DNA of 64,000 bases from the NCBI RefSeq assembly GCF_009914755.1, contig NC_060947.1; one strand, given 5' to 3'. The notes under the pieces were generated by a model that saw nothing but the letters and a program-made list of their open reading frames with translations, did not search any database and had not been told where the DNA came from. Positions 1 to 13,477 of the stretch are shown here, one piece after another. The stretch is from the human T2T-CHM13v2.0 reference genome, Homo sapiens. Position 1 is the stretch's first letter; the number at the start of each line of letters is the position of its first letter. The position numbers and the translations under genes are program-made.

Positions 1-588
1 GGATTGTAATAATGTGATACCATTACCAACTTCATCAAGCACTTAAGACTTCCAGGTAGTCTTTCCAGAGGTCCTGATTCTTGGACCCTAGCTATCTTAC
101 TCCTTTTCTTTACCCCTCCTTTGACTTTGTCCTTGGTGCATATGATCTGGCAAATATGAACTTGACTTCTGCCTAGTATTTTCCGCCATTACTCCCAGAG
201 CCTTCCTATTAACTGTATTACCTGAATTTCTAAATTTAGAAAAACTTGCTAACCACTACCCCTTGATAGAATGCCAATGCAGATCAGATCAGTGGTCTGT
301 ATGCCCAGCATTCTGACTGGAAAAGGTTCCAAAAATGCTTTATAAAAATTGTTTTTGTTGTCCTTTTTAGCATCAGTCTCATAAGGCTAAGGGGTGACCC
401 TTTAAAAAGTCTACTTTTCTTTAACAATCCAATTATTTATCTGCTTACTAACAAATGTTTATTAAATGCCCACTATGTGGCCAGGCACATGCGAGCACTG
501 GGGACATTAAATATGTAAATAAAATACATTCAGTGCCCTCAAAGAACTCCCTTTATAGTGGAAGACAGACATACTGAAAAATAAAATA

Positions 589-728
589 TAGACTATCCTC
601 AACTTATGAGGGTTCAAATTAGTATTTTTCAACTTTATGATAGTGTGAAAGCAATACACGCCTCTACTTATACTCCTCTACTTACTATGGAGTCAAGCCA
701 TAACCCCATTGTAAATTGAGGAGTATCT
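589..728 (+). mobile_element. MER47/Tigger5-type TcMar MITE, shortened
   Basis: Starts tagactatcctcaacttatg and ends cccattgtaaattgaggagtatctg (imperfect TIRs); TA on the left. Confidence 0.7.
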
Positions 729-765
729 GTGTATATGGTGTGGTAGGTTCTATAAAACATATGTA

Positions 766-1078
766 TAGTCATCCTTTGATATCCATGAGGGATTGATTGA
801 TTTGGTACCCTCGAGAGTACCAAAATCCACCGATGCTCAGGTCCCTTATGTAAAATTGCATAGTATTTGCATATAACCCATGTATATCTCCCTGTGTACT
901 TTAAGTCATCTTGAGATTACTTTCAATACCTAATAAAATATAAATGCTATGTAAATGGCTGTTATACTGTGTTTATTCACGTTTTAAAATTGTTGTATTG
1001 TTATTTTTTCTAAATATTTTTTATCTGAGGTTGATTGAATCTGTGGATGCAGAATCCACAAATACAGAGGGTCAACTG
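766..1078 (+). mobile_element. MER2 (TcMar-Tigger MITE)
   Basis: tagtcatcctttgatatcc...gtatttgcatataacc...atacagagggtcaactg with TIRs and TA at 764-765 and 1079-1080. Confidence 0.85.
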
Positions 1079-1440
1079 TAAAAGGTAAAGGGTAGTCAGA
1101 GAAAGGTTTTAAAAAGAGAAGTTTGAGCTGGGTCTAAAGGATAAATAGGAGTTTGTTAGGCAGACAAACGGAAGGGGGAGGCATTCTAGGCATAGAGCAG
1201 CCTACATAAACACCCAGTAGCATGAAATGACAAGGTACAATTTGAAAGTAGTTTGATGAGGCTGAAAAGGAGTCTAAGAAGGAGAAGTCTTAGGAGAAGT
1301 AAAAGATGTCCCTGAAAAGGCTGACATAGGCTTGAACATGGGGGTCCTTTTATGTCACATTAAAGATCTGAACTTCATTTTGAAGTATATTGCTGAGCTG
1401 CAGTTTATGAGCTTCTTGCCTTAAATAAGTCATTGGTTAC

Positions 1441-1847
1441 TGTTATGTGCTGAATTGTGTCCCATCCCCATCTTCCTCCCTCCCCTGCCCCCCATTCATA
1501 TGTTGAAGTCCTCATACCCAGTAACTCAGAATGTGACTGTATTTCTAGATCAAGCCTTCAAAGAAGTGATTAAGGTAAAATGTGGTCATTAGTGTGGGCC
1601 CTAATCTAGTTGGCCTGGTGTCCTTATAAGAAGAGAAGATTAGGACACAAACGCAGAAGACCATGTGAAAACATAGGAAAAAGACTTCTACCAACAAACC
1701 AAAAAAAGAAGCCCCTAGAAGAAACCAATCCTGTGGACACACTGATCTCAGATTTCTATCCTCCAGAGCTATGAGAAAATAATTTTCTGTTGATTAAGCC
1801 ACTCAGTTATCAGTACTTCGTTATGGTGACCCTAACAAATTAGTACG
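1441..1847 (+). mobile_element. MLT1B-like MaLR solo LTR
   Basis: tgttatgtgctgaattgtgtccc...ttcatatgttgaagtcct...ccctaacaaattagtacg; near-TSD gttac/attac. Confidence 0.8.
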
Positions 1848-3675
1848 ATTACTAATAATATAGTTCCAAACTTTATAAATGTTACCTTTTAAAATAAATA
1901 AATAAAAACATTCAAGTTTATTCCTAAAATAATAACAGGGTGTTCATTTACTTAGAGTTTAATATGCTTCTTTGAGTATAAGAGAAATCGGTGATGCCAC
2001 CTTAATATTTTGGTTAATGAAGAGACAAGTTCAGATGTATGTTAGGAAGATTATTCTAGGAGCATTGTGGAGGGAGTATCAGAGGACACTGTGACTAGAA
2101 ACAGGAAGACCAGTTAGGAAAGTGTTGGGGGTCTTTATGGGGCTTAATAAATATCATAGTGCCCCTCTTCTCTGCCTAAGTTCTAAACCAATTGAGAAAT
2201 AAAACACAATGTTGGCAGTTTGAGATGGAAATAACACCTTTAATTCTATGAAGGCTAGACAGTTGGAGGATGTAGCTGAGCATGAGGACCAAATACACTT
2301 ATTAATTTTCTGTACCCCAGACTGGAACTTGGAACAGCCCAGTCAAGAAAAATTTGAATCTGAGTATACTTGCTCAGACCACTGCCATCCACTGGGCTGG
2401 GTAGAGAGGGAGAAAGACACTAAAGCCCAGATCCAGCCAGTTGATAAATGTGGATCATTTAATCACTCATACATTTATGTAAAAGCTTTTTTCTCTTGTG
2501 GCAGGTTGGAGAGGGATATAGTCATTCAGATTTATTATAGTACCCCAAGGTATAACAAATTCCATTATGTTATATCTGCTATGTAACATAAGACCTTTCA
2601 TATGAAAAGCTAAATTAAAAAGTTGCTACTACCAATGCCCTTTCCCTTTTTCTCCACCTCAGAAGCTTCCAATGACAGATTATAGAACTAAATTTTGGGA
2701 ATAAGTTAAGAACCAGGGTAAATTCCTTGCAGACAACGGTGGCCAAGTGTTCTGTGAAATTGTTTCACTGTCTCAAACAGCTTTGCTGTAGTCAAAAGCT
2801 CATGGAACAGCTGTTAATTCCTAAAGTATTCTTCTAAGCTGTAAAGAATGGTTGACTTTTGCCACCTGGCCCAGCTAATCAGAAGCTGATTTCAAGGACT
2901 AAGACATAGCTTCTATCACCGTATTTATGATGAAAATGGTGTAAGACTAAATACTATTTCATGAGCTCCTTTGGTCCTTCAATAGTTTAACTCCTCAGTT
3001 GAAGAGAAGCACAGTTCATATTTTGAGTTGAATGATGATGTCACTTCAATTCCAACTCTGAAATGTGAAATGATTATTGTCTTCAGCCATTTTCTCATCC
3101 TGGGAGGCAGAGCTTGTCTAAATATTGAAAGCCATTGTTCATGAATAGTATAAGACTTCCTTTAGCTTTAGGGTCCCTAAAGGCTCCCACACTTGGGGGA
3201 AGCTTGTTGTGGAACTGACACTGAGAACTCTTGTCATAATACAGAGGGCATGTGAGCCAAATAACCAACTTTCTTGAATTCTGGATGTTGCCTTGCAAAC
3301 TGGCATTCACTTAACCTATAGGCTGTGTTATAAAGAGCCCTTGGATTCCCACATTGCATCTTTTCCTTTCAATTTTATAGATTGATCAACAAACTTCAGA
3401 GGCCAAGCAAAAAGTAAAAGAGCCCCTCAGGCTAAAGATAGTCCTTATTTGGGAACAATTATTAGGTATCACATTCATTGTTTCTGAGCTCTGAAAACTT
3501 CAAGGAAACTCACTATGTTTCTCGAACATATCCTAAGATAGCAAGGCAGGAGGAAAGTGGCAGAGAAACTGTTTAAGTTGGGAAAAGATACAAAGTCAAA
3601 ACATTCCAAGTGGCATATTTGAGCACTTACTCAGAGTACTTCTGGACTGTTTACTCAGTTGGATTCGGAACATGT

Positions 3676-5163
3676 CGTGATGGTTAATATTGAGTGTCAA
3701 CTTGATTGGATTGAAAACTGCAAAGTATTGTTCCTGGGTGTGTCTGTGAGGGTGTTGCCAAAGGAGATTTACATTTGAGTTGGTGGACTGGGAGAGGCAG
3801 ATCCTCCCCCAATCTGGGTGGGCACCATCTAAATCAGTTGCCAGCGTGGCTAGAATAAAGCAGGCAGAAGAAAGTGGAATGCAAAGACTTGCTGAGTTTT
3901 CTGGCATGCATCTTTCTCCCATCCTTCCCCAGGAAGACCTCTGGCCTTTTACCAGGATAGATGTGCAGTGGGGAAAGGAGAATGATCAGACCTTTTGTGG
4001 ACTACTGGACACTGGCTCTGAGCTGACATTGATTCCAGAGGACCCAGAATGTCACTGTGGTCCTCCAGTTAAAGTAAGGGCTTATGGAGGTCAGGTAATT
4101 AATTTAGCTCAGGTCCGACTTACAGTGGGCCCAATGGATGCCTAGACTCATCCTGTGGTCATCTCCCCAGTGCCAGAATGCATAATTGGCATAGACATAC
4201 TTAGCAGCTTAAGACATACTTACCCCCACATTGGCTCCCTGACTGGTAGGGTGACAGTTATTATGGTGGGAAAGGCCAAATAGAAGCCATTAGAGCTGCC
4301 TCTACCTAGAAAAATAGGAAATCAAAAACAATATCGCATCCCTGGAGGGACTGCAGAGGTTAGTGCCACCAACAAGGACTTGAAAGATGCAAGTCTTGAT
4401 ACCTTTATCATATGACATAAGATTTATTTACTTCAGATCAGCATTTAAGTGTTATTAACTTTATGTGATAGCTTTTAGGTTAAAGATTAGTGTGCTTCTG
4501 GTTGTGTGAAGGATAGCTATATTATGTTAGGCATAATTATGACCTTATTGTTGTTATTTGAAGATTATGTATGATTTTGGGAGATGTGTATGGGTTCAAG
4601 TTGACAAGGGGTGAACTTGGGATGGTTAATATTGAGTGTCAACTTAATTGGACTAAAGGATGCAAAGTATTGTTCCTGGGTGTGTCTGTGAGGGTGTTGC
4701 CAAAGGAGATTAACATTTGAGTCAGTGGACTGGAAGAAGCAGACACACCCTCAGTCTGGGTGGGCACCATCCAATCAGCTGCCAGCATGGCTGGAATAAA
4801 GCAGGCAGAAGAAAATGGAATGAGAAGACTTGCTGAGTGTTCCGCACTTCATCTTTCTTTTGTGCTGGATGCTTCCTACCCTCAAACATCAAACTCCAAG
4901 TTCTTCAGCTTTTGGACTCCTGGACTTAACACCAGTGATTTGTCAGGTGCTCTCAGGCCTTCGGCCACAGACTGAAGGCTGCACTGTCAGCTTCCCTACT
5001 CTTGAGGTTTTGGGACTCAGACTGGCTTCCTTGCTCCTCTTGCAGATGGCCTATTGTGGGATTTCACCTTGTGATCCTGTCAGTCAATTCTCCTAATAAA
5101 CTCCCCTTCATATATACATATATCCTATTAGTTCTGTCCCTTTAGAGAACCCTGAGTAATATA
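3676..5163 (+). mobile_element. Internally deleted HERV-L provirus (MLT2A LTRs): truncated 5' LTR 3676-3920, pro/pol remnant ~3910-4390, 3' internal end ~4402-4617, 3' LTR 4618-5163
   Basis: Both LTRs begin (t/c)g(t/g)gatggttaatattgagtgtcaac; perfect 5-bp TSD CATGT at 3671-3675 and 5164-5168; protease motif LLDTGSELTLIP in the internal part. Confidence 0.92.
3921..4390 (+). pseudogene. pro: HERV-L protease / start of RT remnant
   Basis: ORF 3780-4145 contains the aspartyl protease motif LLDTGSELTLIP; stop at 4143-4145; deleted downstream. Confidence 0.8.
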
Positions 5164-5584
5164 CATGTACTGGCAGTTGCTTTCCTTCTATAGTGACCAC
5201 ACAATCTGTCTGTTATTTATAATGGTACCTTTCCAGTGGCTATTGAATGGATTAATTAATTAAGAGATGAGTATTCAAATGCTAGTTATGCAAATATAAA
5301 GTCACTTCTGACCTATGGTTCAGACAATGAATAAAACAGTGAAATCCATGGGAACACTGTTTTGCAAGTTTTGGGTCACAACTCATAGTGTGTTGTAGAG
5401 TCAATTCAGTAGGTTACAACTAGCATTTAAAAGAGATAGGATTGAAGGAAATAGAAAGTATTGGAGTACGTTGCTCATATGAAGGATAATTTTTTCTTTG
5501 TTAAATTTTAAAATTCTATACATGTAAGTATATGCTAGATCAAGAGTAAAGTACTTTTTTTATATGAGCCACAGTCAAAATAGT

Positions 5585-5806
5585 TTGAGATTGGCAAACT
5601 CTGGCCCACAAGTCAAATTTGGCATACCACCTCTTTTTGTAAATAAAGTTTTATTGAAACATATTTATGCTCATTTATTCAAGTATTCCTAGGGCTTCTT
5701 TTGAAATACAGTGGCAAAGGAGAGTAGTTGCCACAGGACCTTACAGTCTGGAAAGCCTAAAATATTTTCTCTCTGACTTTTCATGGGAAAAGTTTGTGGA
5801 TGCCGG
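5585..5806 (+). mobile_element. MER58A-like hAT-Charlie MITE
   Basis: ggcaaactctggccc...tttgtaaataaagttttattgaaaca...aaagcctaaaatatttt...aaaagtttg. Confidence 0.75.
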
Positions 5807-6095
5807 TATTAGAAAATACTGGAGACCTTTAGGCATAGAGAGACTAGTTTTGGTGATTTAGAAACAAATGAAAGTGAATATAATCGATTTCTATGTAGTT
5901 GGGAGTTCATCTTATTTCTTTTGGCTCATAGCAAGCATTGTTAGGGTTTTAACACTTCAAAATGCATTTGAATTGAGCTAATGACAGATAATTTAAAAAT
6001 TGGGGCCAAAAATGAATGTGTGTTTCTTGAACACAGTCATGTTCTTAAGTAGTGGGTTGAGGCTATCTATCCTAGTATATAGCAAAGATTCCTCA

Positions 6096-6467
<372 letters not shown>

Positions 6468-6719
6468 CTAAAAATGGTATCACAAGGCGGTAGATACGAT
6501 GCAAGCTATGTACAAGAAATAAAGCAGAATGAGTAGCATCTAATTGCCTCTTCTCTTTCCCTACTAAATATTGGCTGCTTAAGTTACTTACCAGCAAGAA
6601 GGATTGCTTCTTATACTCATCTGCATTAGTTTAAACCATGCTTATTGAGCCATACATACAAGAACTGCGACGGATGCTGATGACTGTAACAATCCACATG
6701 GCTACAGAGGGTATGTGGA

Positions 6720-7280
6720 TGTGACAGTGAGGGGTTGAGTCTGGAGATATTGGTAATGCCCAAATACTGTGTGAGAGGGACCCTCTGAACCAAGCTAAAG
6801 AGAAACTGGCCTTTATCCTGAAGGAAATGGGGAGCCATGGGAGGTTTTTAACCAGGGAGGTAGATAATCAACTATGTGTTTCAGATACACTCTTTGCAGT
6901 ATGACTGATGGATTGGAGGGAGTAGAAACTGGAGGAAGGAAAACCAGGTAGAAGATTATTTTAGCAATCCAATTGAGAAATAATGAGGGCCTGCAGTGAG
7001 TGCAGTGACCTGTGGACTGTTTCCATGGGTATAGATGTGAAATGTGTTTAGGAATAAGAAGCACAAAATTTGTGGAGAGGAATGTTAACAGATTAATCTG
7101 GAAGTTAAGTAGGGACCTCTTAATGGAAGGCCTTTTACACCATATCAAGGGATTCAGTCTTTATTGTAAAGGCACTAGGTAGGGGGTACTGATGGAAAAT
7201 CACTTTGCTGCAGTGTAAAAAATGGATTGAAAATAGACAAGCTCAGAGGTAGAGAGATCTCTTAGGAGACTATTTCCAGA
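6720..7280 (-). mobile_element. L2 fragments
   Basis: ctttatcctgaaggaaatggggagccatgggaggtttttaa... is typical antisense L2; boundaries approximate. Confidence 0.6.
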
Positions 7281-8349
7281 AGACTTGCTTGGAAAGTAGT
7301 TTTAAGTGAGACTATGAGCATATTAAGTTCCTCCTATTGCCTCTCAGACACAAGTAGAACAATGGAACAATGCAGTCACAAAAGTATACAATTTAGCTAT
7401 ATTGCAAGATTGAGAATATATTCTTGATATGCTAGTAGCAAGATATTGGACTGCTCCCTCATGCAAAGCTCTGAAGTTCTATATGTAGACATGTGTTTGT
7501 GAGATATTAACTCTTCTGATGGGATAGGTTATTCTTTAGGGCCACTCTCCCTCTTTAGGGTATTAAATTACCTGTATCTGCTCTGAAAAATACCGACGAA
7601 AACAACGGACCCATTCCTTCGTTTTCATTTTTGTTTGAAATCCAGTGCCAAGGATATTTGCAACAACAGTAGATGACTGCAGAAAAGAACTTGATAACTT
7701 GTCCCCAATGGGGCGTCTGACATCATGACATCATCTCACATATGTAATTGTTATTTATTTGATCCCCAAAGAAACATAAGTGCTGCTTCTGTGGCAGTAG
7801 AAATTTGCATAAATCCAAGATCTCCTGTGAAGCTGTACCCTTCCAATTAATCTTTGCAAGGGGAAGGGATTATAGTCTTCTGTGAATTACACTGCTAATT
7901 AATTTCTACACAAATCAATTTTATTTTGCCAAATACACAAGTCAACCTTGCACAGCTCTGAATACTACATATATCCATCGTCTTAAAAAGACTCCAGTCA
8001 AATCATCATTCCATTCTTTCTCAGGAAGGAAAGCAAACACACTGGATTGAGACATTTTCTTCCCCTTTCGTGTTAACTTTGATGTTTGAAGGTGCCTTGA
8101 ATAATCGTTTCTTTTTTTCTGAGCATATGTTAATGTCAAATATTCATTTGTTTTAATATCAATGATTCTGCCTTGTAAAACACTGTTGCCTGGGATGAAA
8201 ATGTCAACTTTTCTTGGGCCTCGGTATAACTTTCTGGCCAATTCTTGAAGTTCTTTTAATGCAAGTTTTTTGTTTTTGTAAGGGGAAAAGTATCTTGTGT
8301 ATCCTTAGTGTTATTCACTCAAGGCTCTGAGAAACTGCTGTAAATACCT

Positions 8350-8582
8350 TTTACTTTTATTTTTTATTTTTTATTATTTTAATGGACAAATTATACTTGT
8401 ATACATTTATAGTATACAATGTGATGTTTGATATATGTATATAATGTAGAATGATTAAGTCAAGCTAGTGATAACATATCCATCACCTTACTTATCATTT
8501 TTTGTAGTGAAATATTTGACTTACTCCCATAGCTATTTTGACATATAAAATGTATTATTGTTAACTATAGTCATCTTCCTGT
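8350..8582 (-). mobile_element. Old L1MA-type 3' end
   Basis: T-rich tail then tacaatgtgatgtttgatatatgtat...aacatatccatcacct...ttgttaactatagtca. Confidence 0.75.
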
Positions 8583-8715
8583 CTTAATATATATTTTAAT
8601 AAAAACTTCTTCCTTTTAAAATAATTTTTTCCCCAAAATTCATATGCCACTTCATGGTTCCCTGTATAATTCTTTTTTTGCTTTGTCTCTTCCTAGAGTG
8701 GGAAAGACTATTTCT

Positions 8716-8847
8716 TTTTTTTCATTATTATACTTTAAGTTTTAGGGCACATGTGCACAACGTGCAGGTTTGTTACATATGTATGCATATGCCATGTTGG
8801 TGTGCTGTACCCATTAACTCATCATTTAACATTAGGTATATCTCCTA
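8716..8847 (-). mobile_element. Very short 5'-truncated L1PA (PA4/PA5-like) 3' end
   Basis: attatactttaagttttaggg...cattaggtatatctcct; 8-bp TSD ctatttct at 8708-8715 and 8845-8852. Confidence 0.88.
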
Positions 8848-9319
8848 TTTCTAACAGAACTATATCCATGAACAGTTTTATCCAGAAGGAGCTATAGCCA
8901 AGCTGTATTACAAAAGCTATAAGAATGTCAGTCACATGCAGATATTCAAACATAGAAAAGGGGAGAGGCTGTGTTTGTGAGGCCCAGTTCCCACTCTTCT
9001 GATTTCATTTCTTCTTTAGGATCTTTTCACCACCACCACCACGCTGGTGCACATTTCTGGTAATTGTTGGAAAAACATCTGGGTGGATGTAGTGTGACTA
9101 CTATTTTTTATTTATCTCTGTTTAGATGGAATTATTCCAAAAGATCTCTTATATGTATCCCCTGGAGACCCCATGCTAACACATGCCTCTGGGATGTTGT
9201 GGTTTTTCCACTATCACTACAATAAAAATATTACCATTGCAACCATTTTACAATAGCTTATCTGAAGAACATTACAAATTAAATGAGCTTAGAGACAGAA
9301 GTCAGTGCTATGTATAAGA

Positions 9320-9770
9320 ATAGTAGCTATTTATTTAGTGCTTACAGTGTGCCAGGTTCTGGGCTAAGCAAAATCTATGTATTTTCTCATTTTATCCTCA
9401 CAACAACTCTATGAGGAGATTACTAAGAAAGCTTGCTGTGTTGAAAAACATAATAAGCTTGTGATTACTCTTGCTTTTGAAGAAAAGTGGTAGTAGGGTC
9501 ACTCTATTGCTTTGAAACATATTCCTATATTTAACTATGAATAGCAGTAATGACTAACATGTATTGAGTGCTTACTATGTGCCAGGCACTATACTAAGCA
9601 CTTTATCTGGATTGCTCCAAAGTAGATACTAGGAATTTATGGATGAGGCAACCAAGAATCAGAGATGTTAAGTAACTGGCTCAAATCCGCAGCATAAATC
9701 AGGCAAGTGGGATCTAATTCAGGTTTTGGGTGACTCTGAAGTTTGTGTTCTCAACTCATACCTCCTATTA
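9320..9770 (-). mobile_element. Two MIR fragments (~9320-9420, ~9540-9770)
   Basis: tattgagtgcttactatgtgccaggcact and atcctcacaacaac MIR core motifs. Confidence 0.7.
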
Positions 9771-11479
9771 CTAGTTGTCCTATTTGTCTCCCCACCATAC
9801 CCTGCATTCTTTGTAACTTTCTCTTACACTATTATGGAAAATTGTCAGGGTGGCATTATATTTTCTATCTCCGTGATTTTTCTCAGGATACCTTGTCTTA
9901 CTGGCTCTTCTGGAACTGTTCTATTCTGTCCTCCTAAAAGAAAATTGTCTTCAGGAAAACATAAGTTTCTTTTATTTTGTTTTTTGTTATTTCTAAATTG
10001 TTAGTTGTGAGTAAGGGAGCTATTTGTATATCTTATGGAATGCTTTCTGTCTGTCACTTATCTCTTATTGGTAAGTGACACCAGGGTCCTGAGTTCTCTG
10101 TGAAAATGTTCTAACTGTAAAAATTACCCCAATTATGTAACCAGCTTCTTTGTAAACTTTCCCCTGAGACTCTGAAAGCATTTTCAGATCTCCCCAAAAG
10201 ACAAACATATAAAGAAAAAGTCAAATTAAATAACGACTTATATAAGTTCTTAAATGTCTATAATGGAAATAAATATGATTTTTTAAAGTTCCAGAGTATG
10301 AAAAGATCCCCTGAAAAAGTATGTTTCTATTCATATAAATCTCACCAAATCGGACTAATTGGTCAAAAAGTCAGTTTGTTTAAAAATATTTTATATTCGA
10401 GTTGTCTACTAAAGGAAATTTTCTTTTATAATAAAGTTTCCTTTACAACTGTTTTAAAATGTAGAAAGAAACCTGCAGAAAGCCTTTCCATTGTTCCAAA
10501 TGACATATTTTTCTATTGTCACATGATAATACAAATCTGGGACACCACAGTAGAAATATAGAACAAGGTGCTGCTATTGAATCTCCCTGGTCCTTAATTT
10601 ATTCATTTATCCAATAAAGGAATTATCTTGTTGATGTTTAAGTTCCTTTCCAACTCTGACATTGTTTTTTTCCTTACCATGGGTTCTGAATTACCTTTCC
10701 ATTGTTCTAAAATTCTAAGAAATGATAGTTATCCTGTATTTTTTTTCTGAATTCTTTTCATACCTTGTAGTAATGTAATGTACCTAATTCTAAAATCCCC
10801 TGGGTAAGAGGGACAGGAAGATCTTGGAAGGATTCAAATATGACACACAAAGGGGATTAGAATGCAAACTGAGATATCTTCAATATTAACAAAATATTGA
10901 TGTGGATGATTCCTTCTCTCCTAATTAATCCCCATTATACATCAAAACTTCCTGAACACTTATGAAAATCAGCATCTTGAAGGAACACTTTCATACATTT
11001 GATTAAATTATTTTAAAAGTGGAGGTTAGATTTATAATCTCAATTAAGTTATAAGTTCCTTAAGTGCAGAGATCATGGTTTTGTCTTACTATCCACAGTG
11101 CCTAGCATCCTAAAGGACTCATGGTAGTCATTCAGATTTATTGTTAAATTGTATCTGTTGTTGAGAAGCCTTGTATAGTGTTGTGTATAAATTCTGGCCA
11201 AGATGATGGACAAAGCAGAAGGGAAATATTATACCACAACAGATGCATAAAATGCTAAAGAAAATAAATTTTAACATGCATAGCCAAGCCTGAAAGTATG
11301 AAAGGGGTATCTCCAGATGTTGGAAATGAAGAAGAAAATAATAGCTAAAGTGGCGGATAATAATTGAAGCTTTACAAAATGTGAAGGACCTGGACTCTAA
11401 ACACAACTTATCTTAGGTGATGAGGATCTAATGCCTCGTATGTTGGGAGCATGAGCAGTTTCAACCTTTCTGGGACCTG

Positions 11480-11653
11480 AAAGTCATACAATTTGGAAAG
11501 CTCTCCTTAAAAATTATCTTACTTTTCAATTTCACTAAAACCCATGAACATGTGCACACATATGTAGGGCCATTCCTTGGGCCATGAAGGGAGCCCATGG
11601 ACATGAGGCCCTGAAACCTAAGCTTCATTAGCTACATGGTAAATCTGCCTCTG
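11480..11653 (-). mobile_element. hAT-Tip100 (Arthur1-like) terminal fragment
   Basis: Ends gccctgaaacctaagcttcattagctacatggtaaatctgcctctg, resembling a recalled Tip100-group terminus. Confidence 0.5.
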
Positions 11654-12233
11654 ACTTTTGTCAAGGTCACAAGCTTGGTAAAAACCAAGGAGCTTGACTT
11701 AGGTTACCTATGTGGAAGCCAGAACCAGAAAAGCAATGCATCATGTTTGAATAGCTACCAGAAAACCTCTGCTAGCTGGCTTAGGGTCTTGTAGGTAATT
11801 CACTGCTGGACCCAGGCTTTAGGTCACCTGAGAGTGACTAGAACCTTTGAGTTGTAGAAACTACAGCCAATTAATAGATATAAAATCTAGTTTGAATATG
11901 GTGACTCGTCTAATATTCAGGCAAAGGCATCTGTGAAACCACTCCAGAGGAGGCCATCACAACCCATGACCTATTTATATCTTCTACAGAAAATATTCTC
12001 ATATATCCATGGAAGATGAACCCATAAATAAAAAGTATAAAATACATGAGAAACCTTAACACCAAGAAATATACTTCACAGAACCTAGAGATGAGAGAAT
12101 TCACATCCAAGCAACCAGAGATAGCAGAGCAATAAAAGGTGACTTCAAATTAAGAAATTTATAATTGCGTATGTGTATATAGACACACACACATAGAAGT
12201 GCATATATGATTTTTAATAAAGTCTCATTCCTT

Positions 12234-12541
12234 TGTATTAGTCAGTTTGGGCTGCTTTAACAAAGTACCATAGATAGGGCAGTTTATAAATAACAGAAAT
12301 CCAAGATCAGTGTACTGGCATAGTTGGGTTCTGGTGAGGGCTCTCTTCTGGGTTGCAGAAAAGTGCAAGAGAGCTCTGTGAGGTAACTATTATTAATACA
12401 ATGGCATTTATCTCATTTCTGAGGACTCCACATTCGTCACTGAGTTACCTCCAAAAAAGCCCTACCACAAAATACTGTCACATTGGGATTAGAATTTCAA
12501 CATAAGAATTTTTGAGGGACACAAACATTCAGTCCATTGTA
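12234..12541 (-). mobile_element. MLT1A-type MaLR LTR
   Basis: tgtattagtcagtttgggctgct...ttctggtgagggctctct...gggacacaaacattcagtccattg. Confidence 0.8.
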
Positions 12542-12577
12542 ATCTTCAAGTGTATATATCATTTTGCTTCATGTAAG

Positions 12578-12950
12578 TTATATTAGCTTTGGTTAAGTTA
12601 TGTTGCAGTAATAAACAACCCCATGATCTCACCGGCTTACCAATAGAAGGTTGATTTCTCACTTTTGTTAGGAGTTTTCTGGAGGTTGACTGCAGCTCTG
12701 CTCCATGTTTTCTTCACTAACAGGGAAGCCTCTATCTGGGACCTTGACACTTTCAATTCAGAGGAGGAAGAGCAAGGCGGTAAATCACTCGATGGCTCTT
12801 AAAAGTTCTAGGAAGCAGCACATATCACTTCCACCCATGTTGCATTGGTCAAGGCAAGTCACATATCCAGACATGATGAAAAAGAGGTAGAAGTATATAA
12901 TCCTCCTGTAGGAAGGGACAGTGAATATTTTGAACAAAGGATACAAAATT
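12578..12950 (-). mobile_element. Old MLT1 (J/K-like) LTR
   Basis: gttatgttgcagtaataaacaacccc...cattggtcaaggcaagtcaca; heavily diverged. Confidence 0.6.
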
Positions 12951-13104
12951 TGATTTGACAAATAAGAAATATTTGATATTAGCAAATGAGTCCTTCTGAT
13001 ATGTATATAGAGGCTTGAAAATCATTATTTTATGTATTAATAGTTTTTCCTTGTAATTCTACAGGCTCTTAGCAATTCTTCATTGATATGATAAGGATTA
13101 TCAT

Positions 13105-13433
13105 AATCTGATATTCATTAACCTTGCTATGAATGCCAGAACAGGTTAGTTCCAATGGCAACACTCATCTTCTACCCACAAATCACGTCCACTTCTTGGA
13201 CTGATCTTTGATGCTGCCAGGATACAGGAAAGTGAATAGCCGTGTTAATCTTGACACTCATATGATAAGGATTATCATCATTATCATATCACTTTCAAAT
13301 TAGCTGGATCCAAATATACAGACATGAATGTTTTTCCCCCAACTCTGCTTCTAAATCAAAGTTCTTTCCCAATCTTTATCTTGTCTATTTACAGACCTCT
13401 AAAGTATGATTTGATTATTTTTAACTGTCTGTA

Positions 13434-13477
<44 letters not shown>

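Larger units (their letters stand above)
420..2130 (-). mobile_element. Fragmented L2 LINE 3' region (pieces ~420-575, ~1090-1390, ~2000-2130) split by younger MER47, MER2 and MLT1B
   Basis: acaaatgtttattaaatgcccactatgtggccaggcac... resembles the antisense L2 3' end; L2-like sequence resumes between the inserts. Boundaries approximate. Confidence 0.65.

Noticed and set aside
3234-3315. Minus-strand terminal-exon-like frame (RLSECQFARQHPEFKKVGYLAHMPSVL*)
   Set aside because: Short, weak acceptor, and phase does not match the donor at 7572.
8299-8307. GTATCCTT U12-type donor motif
   Set aside because: All three upstream + frames contain stops within ~110 nt and no matching U12 branch site was identified.
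9020-9200. Plus-strand micro-exon pair (9020-9059 and from 9126) with good acceptors and a joinable frame
   Set aside because: The intron would be only 66 nt, no convincing second donor, and no recognisable peptide.
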